Positions 63,624 through 64,000 of a stretch of 64,000 bases of DNA are shown here, piece by piece. The first letter of the stretch is position 1; the number at the start of each line of letters is the position of its first letter. Origin of the DNA: Octopus sinensis (taxonomy: Eukaryota); the NCBI RefSeq assembly GCF_006345805.1, contig NC_043001.1, positions 17,422,001 through 17,486,000 of the forward strand. Reading direction: 5' to 3'. The notes under the pieces are model-generated. The model was not told the DNA's origin, ran no database searches, and was given only the letters and a program-made list of their open reading frames with translations. The translations under genes and the position numbers were made by a program.

Positions 63624-63745
63624 CGCCGAGGTCGACTTTGCCTTTCATCCTTTCGGGGTCGATAAATTAAGTACCAGTTACGCACTGGGGTCTATATAAT
63701 CGACTTAATCCCTTTGTCCTTGTTTGTCCCCTCTATGTTTAGCTC
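63624..63745 (+). mobile_element. SINE B 3' part
   Basis: Core and tail match. Confidence 0.8.
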
Positions 63746-64000
63746 CTTGTGTGTAATAAAGAAACATATACAGATATGCATAACTTCTCCCGAACCCTCC
63801 TGTGGCACTGTTATACGTAAGGAACTTCTCCCTTTAGCCCAATGTTTCTCCACAAGGTTCGTACCGCCCCTTCGGGAGGCGTTTAGAGCTTACGAGAGTG
63901 AGGGCGGTGAGCAAAACTATAATGCAAGAAGGCGTTTAGAAGCTTGAGTGAGGCGTTGAGAAAATTTGAATATTTTCATGACTGAAGTAAAAATAATGGA

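Noticed and set aside
63835-64000. Possible second hAT-like MITE start (caatgtttctcc..gtaccgcccc)
   Set aside because: The other end lies outside the window, so TIR and TSD cannot be verified.

Overview
AT-rich, repeat-saturated animal genomic DNA. It is probably cephalopod (Octopus-like), inferred from my recollection of the SINE families rather than from a search. I find no intact host protein-coding gene and no genuine tRNA or rRNA gene, and nearly all ORF-track entries are microsatellite or SINE read-throughs. The window is built from: long microsatellites; three or four tRNA-derived SINE families (one forming tandem arrays); dead LINE fragments (RTE, R4/Dong-like RLE elements at (TAA)n, CR1-like); DNA transposon relics (Tc1, mariner, Tc2/pogo MITE, hAT-like MITE, Chapaev3-like, a GG-terminal 8-bp-TSD MITE); and Helentron/HINE-like elements. 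The most interesting signal is a set of type I hammerhead-ribozyme motifs with a minimal, self-complementary stem III (the dimer-type fold) in several unrelated repeat families. Two of these families have ~558 and 587 bp units arranged as a direct tandem (6.3-7.2 kb) and as a 1.2-kb near-perfect palindrome (49.3-50.5 kb). They share a hammerhead / short GT-AG intron-like segment / conserved hairpin architecture, consistent with retrozymes or Penelope-like pseudo-LTRs. All folds were done by eye, and most repeat boundaries are approximate (+/-10-20 nt).
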